Source: Dehalococcoidia bacterium (GTDB taxonomy: Bacteria > Chloroflexota > Dehalococcoidia > Dehalococcoidales > Fen-1064). Taken from it: 64,000 bases of DNA. A program made the translations under genes and the position numbers. The stretch is from assembly GCA_011170375.1 (NCBI GenBank), contig DUEV01000009.1, positions 1,694-65,693 on the forward strand. The letters run 5' to 3'. Below are positions 55,171 through 64,000 of the stretch, piece after piece (the stretch's first letter is position 1; every line of letters starts with the position of its first letter). A model generated the notes under the pieces. It searched no databases and was not told where the DNA came from. It saw only the letters and a program-made list of their open reading frames with translations.

Positions 55171-56166
55171 ATGGCTGATAATAAAGGCGTTATGATTCTG
55201 GCTGAGGTTGGAGATGGCAAGTTGGCGGCGATTGCCACCGAGCTACTGGGCGCTGGACGGAAGCTCGCCGACGACCTGGGTGAGGAACTCTCCGCGGTGA
55301 TGGTTGGTAGCGGGGTCGGTGCTGTCGCTCAGGAGGCGATTGCCTTTGGTGCCGATAAGGTTTACGTGGTTGATGACGCATTGCTCAAAGATTACCGGAC
55401 AGATTCATATATGGCCGTGATGGAGAAAGTAGCCAAGGAGGTCATGCCTAAGGTTTTGCTCATGGGGCAGAACTCGATTGGTCGTGACCTGGCACCTCGG
55501 CTCGCTTTCAGATTGGATACCACGGTTACCATGGACTGTGTCGAATTGGCGATTGACCCGGACTCCAAGCTGCTACTGCAGACTAAACCGGTCTACGGTG
55601 GCAATGCCCGGGCAATCTTCACTTCGGAGTCGATGCCGCAAATGGCTACCCTCAGGGTGAAGGCCGGTGAACCGCTGGCGCGCGATGATTCCCGCAAGGG
55701 AGAGGTCGTTAATATTGATGCCGGACTGGATGCTTCGGCTATCAGGACTGAGGTCAAGGACACCGTGCTTGAAGAAGTCAAGGGTATCAAGCTGGAAGAT
55801 GCCAACGTGGTTGTCGCTGGTGGTCGGGGTATCGGTGGCCCTGAGGGTTTCCAGGAACTGGAAGAGCTGGCCAAGCTGCTAAAGGCAGCCGTTGGTGCCA
55901 GTCGGCCACCGTGCGATAACGGATGGGTGCCGGATACCATTCAGGTAGGCCTGACCGGCAAAATTGTCTCACCGGATGTCTATATTGCCGTGGCTATTTC
56001 GGGTTCCAGCCAGCACCTGGCCGGCTGTAGCGGCTCGAAGAACATTATCGCCATTAACCGGGACGCTGAGGCCAACATCTTCAAGGAGGCCGCCTACGGC
56101 GTCGTTGGTGACTGGAAGAAGGTAGTCCCTGCCTTCAGGGACAAGCTCAAGGAACTGCTGGGCTAG
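55171..56166 (+). CDS. etfA: electron transfer flavoprotein alpha subunit
   Basis: FAD-binding C-terminal signature ([24 protein letters not shown]). The gene follows etfB. Confidence 0.9.
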   Translation: MADNKGVMILAEVGDGKLAAIATELLGAGRKLADDLGEELSAVMVGSGVGAVAQEAIAFGADKVYVVDDALLKDYRTDSYMAVMEKVAKEVMPKVLLMGQNSIGRDLAPRLAFRLDTTVTMDCVELAIDPDSKLLLQTKPVYGGNARAIFTSESMPQMATLRVKAGEPLARDDSRKGEVVNIDAGLDASAIRTEVKDTVLEEVKGIKLEDANVVVAGGRGIGGPEGFQELEELAKLLKAAVGASRPPCDNGWVPDTIQVGLTGKIVSPDVYIAVAISGSSQHLAGCSGSKNIIAINRDAEANIFKEAAYGVVGDWKKVVPAFRDKLKELLG

Positions 56167-56192
56167 TAGTATTAGTCTACCAATGATGTAAA

Positions 56193-56227
56193 GCGGGGCT
56201 GTTTATAAAACAGCCCCGTTGTCTTTT
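56193..56227. terminator. intrinsic terminator between convergent etfA and the EF-G paralog
   Basis: GCGGGGCTGTT-TATAA-AACAGCCCCG followed by TTGTCTTTT. Confidence 0.75.
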
Positions 56228-56244
56228 CTGGTGATTAGACAGGA

Positions 56245-58299
56245 CTAAACCTTCTCTTTTTCCGCCTGACGGGCGGCGATGACCTTCTGGGCAGCAGCCG
56301 GAGGTACTTCTTGGTAGTGGCTGAGCTGCATGGTGAAGGTCCCCTTGCCCTGGGTGATGGACTTCAGGGCTATCGAGTAGCGTAGTACCTCGGCCAATGG
56401 CACCTGTGCATCAATGACGTTCATGCCGTTCTCGGGGTTCATCCCCTGCACCTGGGCCCGTTTTGTGTTGAGGTCACCGATGATGTCACCGGTATACTCC
56501 TCCGGTGCCCTCACCTGGATGTCCATAATCGGCTCCAGCAGGACTGGTTGGCCATCGGTTAGTCCTTTTTTCACAGCACCGGCACCGGCAATCTTGAAGC
56601 ATATCTCTGATGAGTCAACCGGGTGGTAGCTGCCGTCGTAAACGGTCACTTTGATATCATCGACCGGATAGTGGGCGAGGACTCCATCCTCGACTGCCTC
56701 GTTGAAGCCCTTTTCGACGGCGGGGATATAGTTCTTTGGTATTGTGCCACCAACTACCCTGCTGCCGAATTCACGCCCAGAGCCGCGGGGTAGTGGCTCC
56801 AGTTCGAGCAGGACATGACCATACTGGCCGTGTCCGCCTGTCTGCTTCTTGTGCTTGTATTCGGCGTTGGTCGGCACGGTAATTGTCTCTTTGTAGGGGA
56901 CTTTCGGGGTTTCCAGGTTGACGTTAACACCGAATTTCCGCTCCATTTTCTCCGCGGCCACTTCAAGCTGGGTATCACCCAGGCCGGACATTATGGTTTC
57001 GTTGGTGGTGGTATCCCGATGGACCTGAAGGGTGGGGTCTTCCTCAACCAGCTTGGCGAGCGATGCTCCCAGTTTGTCGAGGTCAGCCTTGGTCTTGGGG
57101 TAGACCGCTTCGCTGAAGACGGGTGCCGGGAAGGGGACAAAAGCAATCTTCAGTGGTTTGTCCCGTGTGCCGAGAGTATCACCAGTGGCTGTCACGTTCA
57201 GTTTGGCGACGGCGCTGATGTCCCCCGCTGTTATCTGGGTAACCGGTTCCTGGTTCTTGCCCCGAAGGACGAACAGTTGGCCGATGCGCTCGTTCTCACT
57301 CTGTGTGGAGTTCCATGCCTGGGAATTGCTGCTGAGTGCCCCGTTATAAACGCGGAAGTAGGTGAGTTTACCGACATACGGGTCGGCACTGGTCTTGAAT
57401 ACCAGGGCGGCTAGTGGTCCTTCCTGGCTCGGTTTAAGCGTGTCACCATCAGCAAGCGTAATTTCCCTTTCTGCCGGTGATGGCATGTAGTTGGATATGG
57501 CATCCATCAGCAGACCAGTGCCGATGTTCTTTGTGGCTGAGGTTACCAGAATCGGGATGATCTTGCCACTGACTACTCCCTGTCGCAGGCCGGCTACCAT
57601 TTCCTCCCGGCTGAGCTCCTCGCCTCCCAGGTATTTTTCGATAAGGGCATCGTCAACCTCGGCGATGCCTTCAACCAGCTTCTCCCGGTAGGATTCGACC
57701 TCGCTTTGCAGGGATTCGGGTATTTCGCCCTCAGTCGCTGCTGTGCCGGTGTAACCTTTCATCGTTAGCAGGTCGACCACTCCCTCAAAATTGCTGGCGG
57801 CTCCAACGGGCAGTTGTATCGGCACGCAATGACGCCCAAACTTTGACTGGATTTCAGCAACGGTACGGGAGAAGTTGGCGTTTTCCCGGTCCATTTTATT
57901 AATTACAATCATGCGTGGAAGACTGGCTTCTTCAGCGTAGCCCCATACCTGCTCTGTCCCTACTTCAACGCCAGAGGCGGCACACACCACAATGACGACT
58001 CCTTCGCTGACACGCATGCCTGACTTGACCTCACCGACGAAATCAGGATAGCCTGGCGTGTCAATGAGGTTTATCTTGTTACCCTGCCACTCGTATGGTA
58101 GCATGCTCAGGTTAATACTGATGTTGCGTTTCTGCTCCGCCGGGTCATAGTCCGAGGTGGAGCTGCCATCGTCGACCTTGCCCAGCCGGTTAATTATCTT
58201 AGCGTTGAAAAGTATGGCTTCGGCCAGAGACGTTTTACCGGCACCATTGTGCGACAACAAGGCAAGGTTGCGAATGTTTTCCATTTTATACTCTGCCAT
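56245..58299 (-). CDS. elongation factor G family GTPase (EF-G2-like paralog)
   Basis: 684 aa. G1 is SHNGAGKTS, G3 is DTPGYPDF and G4 is NKMD, followed by EF-G domains II-V. Confidence 0.8.
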   Translation of the reverse strand: MAEYKMENIRNLALLSHNGAGKTSLAEAILFNAKIINRLGKVDDGSSTSDYDPAEQKRNISINLSMLPYEWQGNKINLIDTPGYPDFVGEVKSGMRVSEGVVIVVCAASGVEVGTEQVWGYAEEASLPRMIVINKMDRENANFSRTVAEIQSKFGRHCVPIQLPVGAASNFEGVVDLLTMKGYTGTAATEGEIPESLQSEVESYREKLVEGIAEVDDALIEKYLGGEELSREEMVAGLRQGVVSGKIIPILVTSATKNIGTGLLMDAISNYMPSPAEREITLADGDTLKPSQEGPLAALVFKTSADPYVGKLTYFRVYNGALSSNSQAWNSTQSENERIGQLFVLRGKNQEPVTQITAGDISAVAKLNVTATGDTLGTRDKPLKIAFVPFPAPVFSEAVYPKTKADLDKLGASLAKLVEEDPTLQVHRDTTTNETIMSGLGDTQLEVAAEKMERKFGVNVNLETPKVPYKETITVPTNAEYKHKKQTGGHGQYGHVLLELEPLPRGSGREFGSRVVGGTIPKNYIPAVEKGFNEAVEDGVLAHYPVDDIKVTVYDGSYHPVDSSEICFKIAGAGAVKKGLTDGQPVLLEPIMDIQVRAPEEYTGDIIGDLNTKRAQVQGMNPENGMNVIDAQVPLAEVLRYSIALKSITQGKGTFTMQLSHYQEVPPAAAQKVIAARQAEKEKV

Positions 58300-58530
58300 C
58301 TAGTCCCTTCCTCTGTGATGTACTTGCCTGATAGATATAGTTAATACAGAGAAATACTCAGGTCTGTATTTCTTCTTATTATAGTAGTAGCGTGATATAT
58401 ACGGCAAACGAAGGCGCAAGTCATAACCAACACTGGATTTAACCGTAACGAATATAACATATGATAGCCCTGGCGGTTTTTGTGGCTGGGGCCAGTTACT
58501 TCAGGTATTTATTAGTGTAAGGATGTACTG

Positions 58531-59097
58531 CTAGGCAGCCGGGAACTTCTCGTGGAAAACTATCTCGGACAGTTCTTTACGTGGCGGCGCATTGGCCTCT
58601 TGGTCCGGATGGCCTAGAGGCGTCATCTCAACCACACAATACTCTTCCGGTACACCCAGGATATTTTCTACCTTCTTGGCGTCAAAGGCACCGACGTGCA
58701 CCGTACCCAGTCCCAGGGCATGAGCAGCCAGCACCAGGTTCTGCATCGCCAGCCCTACGTCGAACATAAGCCAGCCATCACCCTTATCAGTGGATGGCTC
58801 GCCATGGTAATGTCCGGACCTTTTCTTTTGGGCGCAAGCCACGATAACTAGCGGAGCATTCTTAATGGCATCGGTAGCGGGATTTGTGCTTTCCGGTCTG
58901 GAACCTTTTAGCGTGTCTGCCAGTTCTGCTTTCTTTGCCGGTTCGCCGACCACGACAAATCGCCAGCACTGTGTATTGGCCCAGGACGGCGCCCACTGTG
59001 CCGCCTCCAGAATCTGCTCCAGAGTCTTGTCGTCTACTGGAGTAGACTTGTATTTACGAATGCTCCTCCTCGTTTTAATTGCCTCTAAAACTTCCAT
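58531..59097 (-). CDS. nitroreductase family protein
   Basis: RRSIRKY N-terminal motif. Length is 188 aa. Confidence 0.85.
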   Translation of the reverse strand: MEVLEAIKTRRSIRKYKSTPVDDKTLEQILEAAQWAPSWANTQCWRFVVVGEPAKKAELADTLKGSRPESTNPATDAIKNAPLVIVACAQKKRSGHYHGEPSTDKGDGWLMFDVGLAMQNLVLAAHALGLGTVHVGAFDAKKVENILGVPEEYCVVEMTPLGHPDQEANAPPRKELSEIVFHEKFPAA

Positions 59098-59208
59098 TTC
59101 GCACCATCTCTTATCATCGCTGATTTAATAATGTACCTGAGGCATTATAGCCCAGACCGGCTCTGGTATCAACTGCGACGCAGTTGTTTCAGTATGAAGA
59201 TAATACCT

Positions 59209-59847
59209 TTACTCTTCTGACCAGGCACCTTTGCCGATCAGGGAGACAAAGCGGCAGGCACCGAGGTTACGGACCTCATTACGGTTCCGGTGCCGCGTAA
59301 GCTTGCATAGTTCCTGTACGTAGCGAGAACCTACCGGGATTATCATCCGTCCCCCGATTTTCAGCTGGGCAACCAATTCTTCTGGGATACGTGGTGCAGC
59401 CGCTGTAGCAATGATAGCATCGTAGGGAGCGCCTGCCTTCCAGCCCAGCGTCTCCTCTGCCAGGTGTAGCTCAATATTTTTATACCCCAGGGTTTCCAGC
59501 GATTTCCGGGCCATCTCTAACAACTGCGGCAGGCGCTCGGTGGACACTACCACTCTGGCCAGTTCAGCCAGAATGGCTGTCTGGTAACCGCTGCCTGTCC
59601 CGATTTCCAGCACCTTTTCCTTACCAGAGAGTTCCAGTGCCTCGGTCATACAAGCGACGATAAATGGTTGCGAAATCGTCTGGTCCAGCCCTATCGGTAG
59701 AGGTCTGTCTTCGTAGGCGTGGCGGGAGCTTTCGGGAGGGACGAAACGCTCCCGGGGTATACGAGCCATCGCTGCCAGCACGCGCTTGCCTTTGATTTCG
59801 CTGGCGAGGCTTTCGATGAGGCGGGTTCTCGCCCCTTCAAAGTCCAT
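59209..59847 (-). CDS. pcm: protein-L-isoaspartate O-methyltransferase
   Basis: Motifs RERFVP, QTISQP and LEIGTGSGYQTAILA. Confidence 0.9.
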   Translation of the reverse strand: MDFEGARTRLIESLASEIKGKRVLAAMARIPRERFVPPESSRHAYEDRPLPIGLDQTISQPFIVACMTEALELSGKEKVLEIGTGSGYQTAILAELARVVVSTERLPQLLEMARKSLETLGYKNIELHLAEETLGWKAGAPYDAIIATAAAPRIPEELVAQLKIGGRMIIPVGSRYVQELCKLTRHRNRNEVRNLGACRFVSLIGKGAWSEE

Positions 59848-59871
59848 AATGAATCCTACTGCCGGACGGGA

Positions 59872-60153
59872 CTAGCTCAAGGTCAGATACAAGATAATGA
59901 GGGTAATCAATATTATACCGGCGAGAATACCGATTGTCCGCAGTTCAGCTCCAATGTAGGGATGCCGGATTGTCTGGGTCGAGGCGGGTTGACGTGGGGC
60001 AGTAACTGGTGGAGAAGACGCTTCCGGTGGAGCAGCCGATTCGTTGGGCTGGGGGGTAATCGGTACCGGAGCGGCGGCGGTGGTGCGTTGCCGGGTCTCT
60101 ATCTTCCGGCGTTGGGCCTGCTTAACTCGCTTGCGTCTTGATTTTCCTGCCAT
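59872..60153 (-). CDS. hypothetical small protein: basic N-terminus, Pro-rich linker, C-terminal TM helix
   Basis: 93 aa ORF lying between pcm and the recombinase gene. I recognise no family. Confidence 0.4.
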   Translation of the reverse strand: MAGKSRRKRVKQAQRRKIETRQRTTAAAPVPITPQPNESAAPPEASSPPVTAPRQPASTQTIRHPYIGAELRTIGILAGIILITLIILYLTLS

Positions 60154-60178
60154 AAAGGGATTTCCTCTTAGTTACGTG

Positions 60179-61102
60179 CTATTTGGCCCGGGGGTGAGAT
60201 TTCTCATAATCGCGCCGGACATGTTCGGTGGTGAGGTGGGTATAGACCTGAGTTGTGGAGATATTAGCGTGGCCAAGTAGTTCTTGAACAGTCCTCAAAT
60301 CACCACCACGATTAAGCATGTGAGTTGCGAAGCTGTGTCTCAGTGTGTGGGGCGTGACTTGCGATTCCAGTCCGGCAGCTTTGGCGTATTCCTTTAGTAT
60401 CTGCCAGAAGCCCTGCCGGGTCAGCCGGTCGCCGCGCCGGTTCAAGAACAGGGCTTTTTCGGTATCGCGACGTACTAGGCGGGGACGGGCCTCTTTGATA
60501 TATTCCTCCACTGTCGAGGCTGTGGGTGGGGCAATCGGAATAAGGCGCTCCTTGTTGCCTTTGCCGAAGCAGCGAACCTCATTATCCCTCGTATTGACGT
60601 GCTCGACGTCCAGGGATACCAGTTCACTGACCCTCATGCCACTGGCATAGAGCAGTTCCAGCATGGCCGAGTCTCTTTTGGCTTCTGGGGTGGATTTCTT
60701 AGCAGGCTGTGCCAGCAGGAGTCTGGCTTGGCTTTCCGAGATAGGTTTGGGCAATGAGCGCCCTACATTGAGTGATTCCATGTTTTGCGTCGGGTCTTCC
60801 TTGATAACACCCTCTGCCACCAGGAACTTGAAGAATGACCTAGCGGCTGCTACCTTGCGGGCTCGCGTGGTTTCGGCATAGCGCTTCTCCTGAAGATTGA
60901 GCAGGTAGCTGAGCATTCCCTGTCGGTTGAAGTCAGACCAGGAAGGGTCTCTGCCCTGGTTAGCGGCCTCCGTTTCCGCGAAACTGGCAAGCTGGGTGAG
61001 GTCGTTTTTGTAGGCGAGTACTGTGTTGTCAGAAAAGCCTTTTTCTACCTGCAGATACTTGATGAAACTGTCAATGCCTTCTTTCACCACGCTCCTCCGC
61101 AT
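60179..61102 (-). CDS. XerC/XerD-family tyrosine recombinase
   Basis: Catalytic region LRHSFATHML..GGDLRTVQELLGHANISTTQVYTH, preceded by an N-terminal SAM-like domain. Confidence 0.85.
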   Translation of the reverse strand: MRRSVVKEGIDSFIKYLQVEKGFSDNTVLAYKNDLTQLASFAETEAANQGRDPSWSDFNRQGMLSYLLNLQEKRYAETTRARKVAAARSFFKFLVAEGVIKEDPTQNMESLNVGRSLPKPISESQARLLLAQPAKKSTPEAKRDSAMLELLYASGMRVSELVSLDVEHVNTRDNEVRCFGKGNKERLIPIAPPTASTVEEYIKEARPRLVRRDTEKALFLNRRGDRLTRQGFWQILKEYAKAAGLESQVTPHTLRHSFATHMLNRGGDLRTVQELLGHANISTTQVYTHLTTEHVRRDYEKSHPRAK

Positions 61103-61255
61103 AGATGAATTGGGTGCTTAAGTTAGTCGATTCTATTTTAACATAACTAAACATAAAAATCAGCCTGTGATAGGTTACCGTAGCACAGTAACCCAAATTT
61201 TATTGTAGCTCACCGGGAGCAGACACAGCTCATTAGATGGCAAAGGCAGGGAAAT

Positions 61256-62809
61256 TCAAGTTCCTTCTATATTTCTCGGATTTGGTGGTGTTTCAAGACT
61301 GGGCTGTAACTTCAAGGCGGGTGTCTTATTGAATTTTCTAGCGACTCTACGGAAGTGTAGTCCATAGACCGAAAGACTCATGGATAGGGGGAAGAGCTTA
61401 GGCCGTTTTAGGAGGGTGGAGATGAAGAATCTCCAGTAGCGTGTCCTGCCGCTCTCCATGACGCCAAGCACCCACATCGACTTCACAAAGGCCCGGATGT
61501 AATAAAATCGGAGTTTGGATATGCCGTGCACCCGCCGAGGTCTATATTCTTTCAAAAAAGTCGTTATACGCTCGTAGTATTGCCTGGGGGCGTAGATAGT
61601 ATTCACGATGTGCTTGTAGCCATCGATAAGTGTCTCGTAATTCATTTTGGGAACAAAGTTGATGGAGAAGTCTGTGTTGTCACCGGTGGTGTCCTTCAGC
61701 AAGCGGTTTTCCCGGCTGAGACGCTGGTAGAGCCGGGTGCCGCGGGGGGCATTGAGGAGCCCAACCATGGCGGTGACAATACCACTGTTCTGGATGAAGT
61801 TAATCTGGCTGCGGAAGATGGAAAGGGGGTCACTATCAAAGCCGACAATGAAGCCTCCCTGTACCTCCATGCCAAAGCTCTGGATTCTCTTGACAGAAGC
61901 AACCAGGTCGCGGCCCTTGTTGGTAAACTTGTTGCATTCGACCAGGCTGTCCTCGTTGGGTGTTTCAATGCCGACGAACACCCGGTCGAAGCCTGCTTCA
62001 ACCATCAGATGCATCAGATTTTCGTCGTCGGCAAGGTTTATTGAGACCTCGGTGAAGAAAGTAAAGGGATACTTCTTTTCTTTCGACCACTGTGTTATAG
62101 CCGGGAGAATCTCTGCCCTTAATTTCTTCTTGTTACCGATGAAATTATCATCGACAATGAATATGGCTTCCCGCCAGCCCCGTTTGTAAATGGCTTCGAT
62201 TTCAGCCAGCATCTGTTCAGCGGTCTTGGTACGTGGTTTGTGTCCGTTGAGGATGACAACATTGCAGAACTCGCAGTTATAAGGACAGCCCCGGGAGTAC
62301 TGGATACTCATCGAGGAGTATTTCTTCATATCTATCAGCGACCATAGTGGAATGGGGGTCTTGGTAATGTCCGGTCGCTTGCTGGATGTATAAATATGCT
62401 GGGCTTGGCCTTTTTCCAGGTCTTTAAGGAATGGTGGCAGAGTGCATTCTCCCTCGTCGAGTATCAGGTGGTCTACCTCATCGAACTCATCATACTCGCT
62501 GGTGAATAGGGGACCACCGGCAACCACTTTGGTGTCGAGCGTGTGGCAGCGGGCAATGGTCTCCTTCACCGAATCCCTCTGTACTACCATGGCGCTGATG
62601 AACACGTAGTCCGCCCATTCAATGTCTCTGTCTTTCAGGGTGGTGACATTCATGTCCACCAGTTTCTTTTCCCACTCTTCGGGGAGCATCGCGGCCACGG
62701 TCAGTAGTCCGAGAGGCGGGTGCGATGCCTTCTTGGAGATGAATTTCAGGGCGTACTTGAAACTCCAGAAGGTATCCGGGTATTGGGGATAAACAAGCAA
62801 TATTTTCAA
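61256..62809 (-). CDS. B12-binding domain-containing radical SAM protein (with DUF4070-like C-terminus)
   Basis: An N-terminal B12-binding-like domain, then the radical SAM motif CPYNCEFC. Length is 517 aa. Confidence 0.8.
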   Translation of the reverse strand: MKILLVYPQYPDTFWSFKYALKFISKKASHPPLGLLTVAAMLPEEWEKKLVDMNVTTLKDRDIEWADYVFISAMVVQRDSVKETIARCHTLDTKVVAGGPLFTSEYDEFDEVDHLILDEGECTLPPFLKDLEKGQAQHIYTSSKRPDITKTPIPLWSLIDMKKYSSMSIQYSRGCPYNCEFCNVVILNGHKPRTKTAEQMLAEIEAIYKRGWREAIFIVDDNFIGNKKKLRAEILPAITQWSKEKKYPFTFFTEVSINLADDENLMHLMVEAGFDRVFVGIETPNEDSLVECNKFTNKGRDLVASVKRIQSFGMEVQGGFIVGFDSDPLSIFRSQINFIQNSGIVTAMVGLLNAPRGTRLYQRLSRENRLLKDTTGDNTDFSINFVPKMNYETLIDGYKHIVNTIYAPRQYYERITTFLKEYRPRRVHGISKLRFYYIRAFVKSMWVLGVMESGRTRYWRFFISTLLKRPKLFPLSMSLSVYGLHFRRVARKFNKTPALKLQPSLETPPNPRNIEGT

Positions 62810-62924
62810 ATCAAGCTCTCTGTTTATTAAAGCTAAAAAGCAATTATACTATATATTATGGTAAATGTCTATAATTACTTAAGCTGCCGGATTCTAATTG
62901 TTAGCCGATTGCTGTCTCTGTGCC

Positions 62925-62953
62925 TTGACACCTCTTTGAGTACTGGTTATACT
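62925..62953 (+). promoter_or_regulatory. sigma70-like promoter of tRNA-fMet (-35 TTGACA, 17 nt spacer, -10 TATACT)
   Basis: TTGACA-N17-TATACT ending 10 nt before the tRNA 5' end. Confidence 0.55.
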
Positions 62954-62963
62954 TTGGGTGCAG

Positions 62964-63038
62964 CGCGGGGTGGAGCAGTGGAAGCTCGTCGGGCTCATAA
63001 CCCGAAGGTCGCTGGTTCGAATCCAGCCCCCGCTACCA
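62964..63038 (+). tRNA. initiator tRNA-fMet (anticodon CAT), CCA encoded
   Basis: It closely resembles the E. coli tRNA-fMet sequence (CGCGGGGTGGAGCAG...TCGGGCTCATAACCCGAAGGTC...). There is a 1:72 mismatch (C1/T72). Three consecutive G:C pairs close the anticodon stem. Confidence 0.9.
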
Positions 63039-63048
63039 ACTTTCAAAG

Positions 63049-64000
63049 CTAAAATGCCTCTGGTTCTCCCTTGATTTCGGAGGCATTTTCTTTTTTGCTA
63101 ATAATTTGCAAATAATGATTTTCAACAGTGGGATTTTCACGCCTAATATTGAGTATTTTATCAAAGCTCTCTGCTGCTGCTTCTTGAAGTCCGGGAGCAA
63201 CATGGCTATAAGTATCGAGTGTTAATGCAATAGAGCTGTGCCCTAACCGCTCCTGTACTATCTTTGGATGTATTCCTGCCTTAAGCATTAATGAAGCATG
63301 GCTGTGCCTCGCATCATGCAGGCGAATTCCTCTCAAGTTTGTACGTCGTACTAGCTTAATCCAGGCGTGAGTTACTGTGTCGGGTAAGAGTGGTTTACCT
63401 TCCAGATCGCTAAATACTAGGTCATCATCTCTTAATGGTATTCCAAGCATGGTACGATCCAGCTCTTGCTTTTCCTTATGCTCTCTAAGGACCGAAACGG
63501 CTGTGGGCGAAAGGGCAATCATACGTCGACCCTTCGTTGTCTTGGGCGCTTTAAAGATAATGTTTCCATCCCGGAGATGATGAAGAGTGCGGGTGATATA
63601 AATCTGACAAAGAAGAAGATCAATGTCAGACCACCTTAATGCTAGTAGTTCCGATCTTCTCATGCCGCTATAAATTGCTGTGTGGAATAAAGCATAGTAG
63701 GGTGTTGATATGGCAGTTTCAAGGAGGGTATGAATATCATCTTCACTAAGTGTGTTCCATTCTGGACGTTGATACCGAGGTGGGCTAACTCCATCTGCGG
63801 GATTCCTTGATAACAATCCCCATTTTACGGCACTCTCTAAGGCGTCATGCAGAGTTACATGGTGGTGTCTTACGGTACGAGGACTTAATGCTCCTTTACC
63901 ATCACAACGTCCGTTTGACAGTTTTTCGGAGTAGTAGCGTTGAAGGTTCTCAGGTTTTAGTTGTGCTAGTGGCATATTACCAAGTGAAGGTATGAGGTGA
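63049..64000 (-). CDS. tyrosine-type site-specific integrase (phage integrase family), 5' end beyond the window
   Basis: Catalytic motifs RRSELLALRW, HDARHSHASLML, LGHSSIALTLDTYSH. The reading frame stays open upstream of the first ATG as far as the window edge (..TLIPSLGNMPLAQLKPENL, a typical core-binding domain motif). The stop codon lies 11 nt from the tRNA-fMet 3' end. Confidence 0.85.
   Translation of the reverse strand, partial: HLIPSLGNMPLAQLKPENLQRYYSEKLSNGRCDGKGALSPRTVRHHHVTLHDALESAVKWGLLSRNPADGVSPPRYQRPEWNTLSEDDIHTLLETAISTPYYALFHTAIYSGMRRSELLALRWSDIDLLLCQIYITRTLHHLRDGNIIFKAPKTTKGRRMIALSPTAVSVLREHKEKQELDRTMLGIPLRDDDLVFSDLEGKPLLPDTVTHAWIKLVRRTNLRGIRLHDARHSHASLMLKAGIHPKIVQERLGHSSIALTLDTYSHVAPGLQEAAAESFDKILNIRRENPTVENHYLQIISKKENASEIKGEPEAF

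Overview
This is a 64 kb bacterial chromosomal segment with dense coding. By eye it is about 50-55% GC, and noticeably AT-richer at both edges (1-1300 and 63050-64000). The gene content suggests an anaerobe, possibly Chloroflexota-like, but that is only a guess from gene content. I support about 60 CDSs, 2 tRNAs (Asn-GTT and initiator Met-CAT), one displaced tRNA-Asn 3' fragment, several sigma70-like promoters with exact 17-nt spacers, two clear intrinsic terminators and several repeat families.

Main blocks, in order:
- (a) An AT-rich CPBP protease gene bracketed by a 165-nt repeat.
- (b) Two tandem paralogous giant zinc-ribbon/Ser-Thr-kinase/STAND-ATPase/TPR proteins with mosaic divergence.
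- (c) An ~11 kb segment bracketed by tRNA-Asn and a displaced copy of its 3' half. It is almost filled by one 19-gene co-directional operon: DUF134 regulator, three DUF5320, two NifX-like, two MinD-ferredoxin ATPases, two FmdB zinc ribbons, Mrp/ApbC, IscU-like, two thioredoxins, a ferredoxin, a methyltransferase, a J-domain protein and an FAD disulfide reductase.
- (d) Serine hydrolases, a MarR-MMPL pair, tandem DivIVA-like paralogs, an orphan pseudopilin operon and a lipoprotein serpin.
- (e) Housekeeping genes (purA, prfA, prmC, etfBA, pcm, a Xer recombinase, an EF-G paralog), interrupted by a HAD x4 / NUDIX x2 tandem array and a methyltransferase with an in-frame TAG.
- (f) tRNA-fMet followed by a tyrosine integrase that runs off the window edge.

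The best candidate for an undescribed system is the operon in (c). It looks like a self-contained metallocluster-handling plus thiol-redox module whose proteins share unusual Gly/Met/Arg-rich and coiled-coil tails. All family assignments come from motif recognition by eye; no searches were run.
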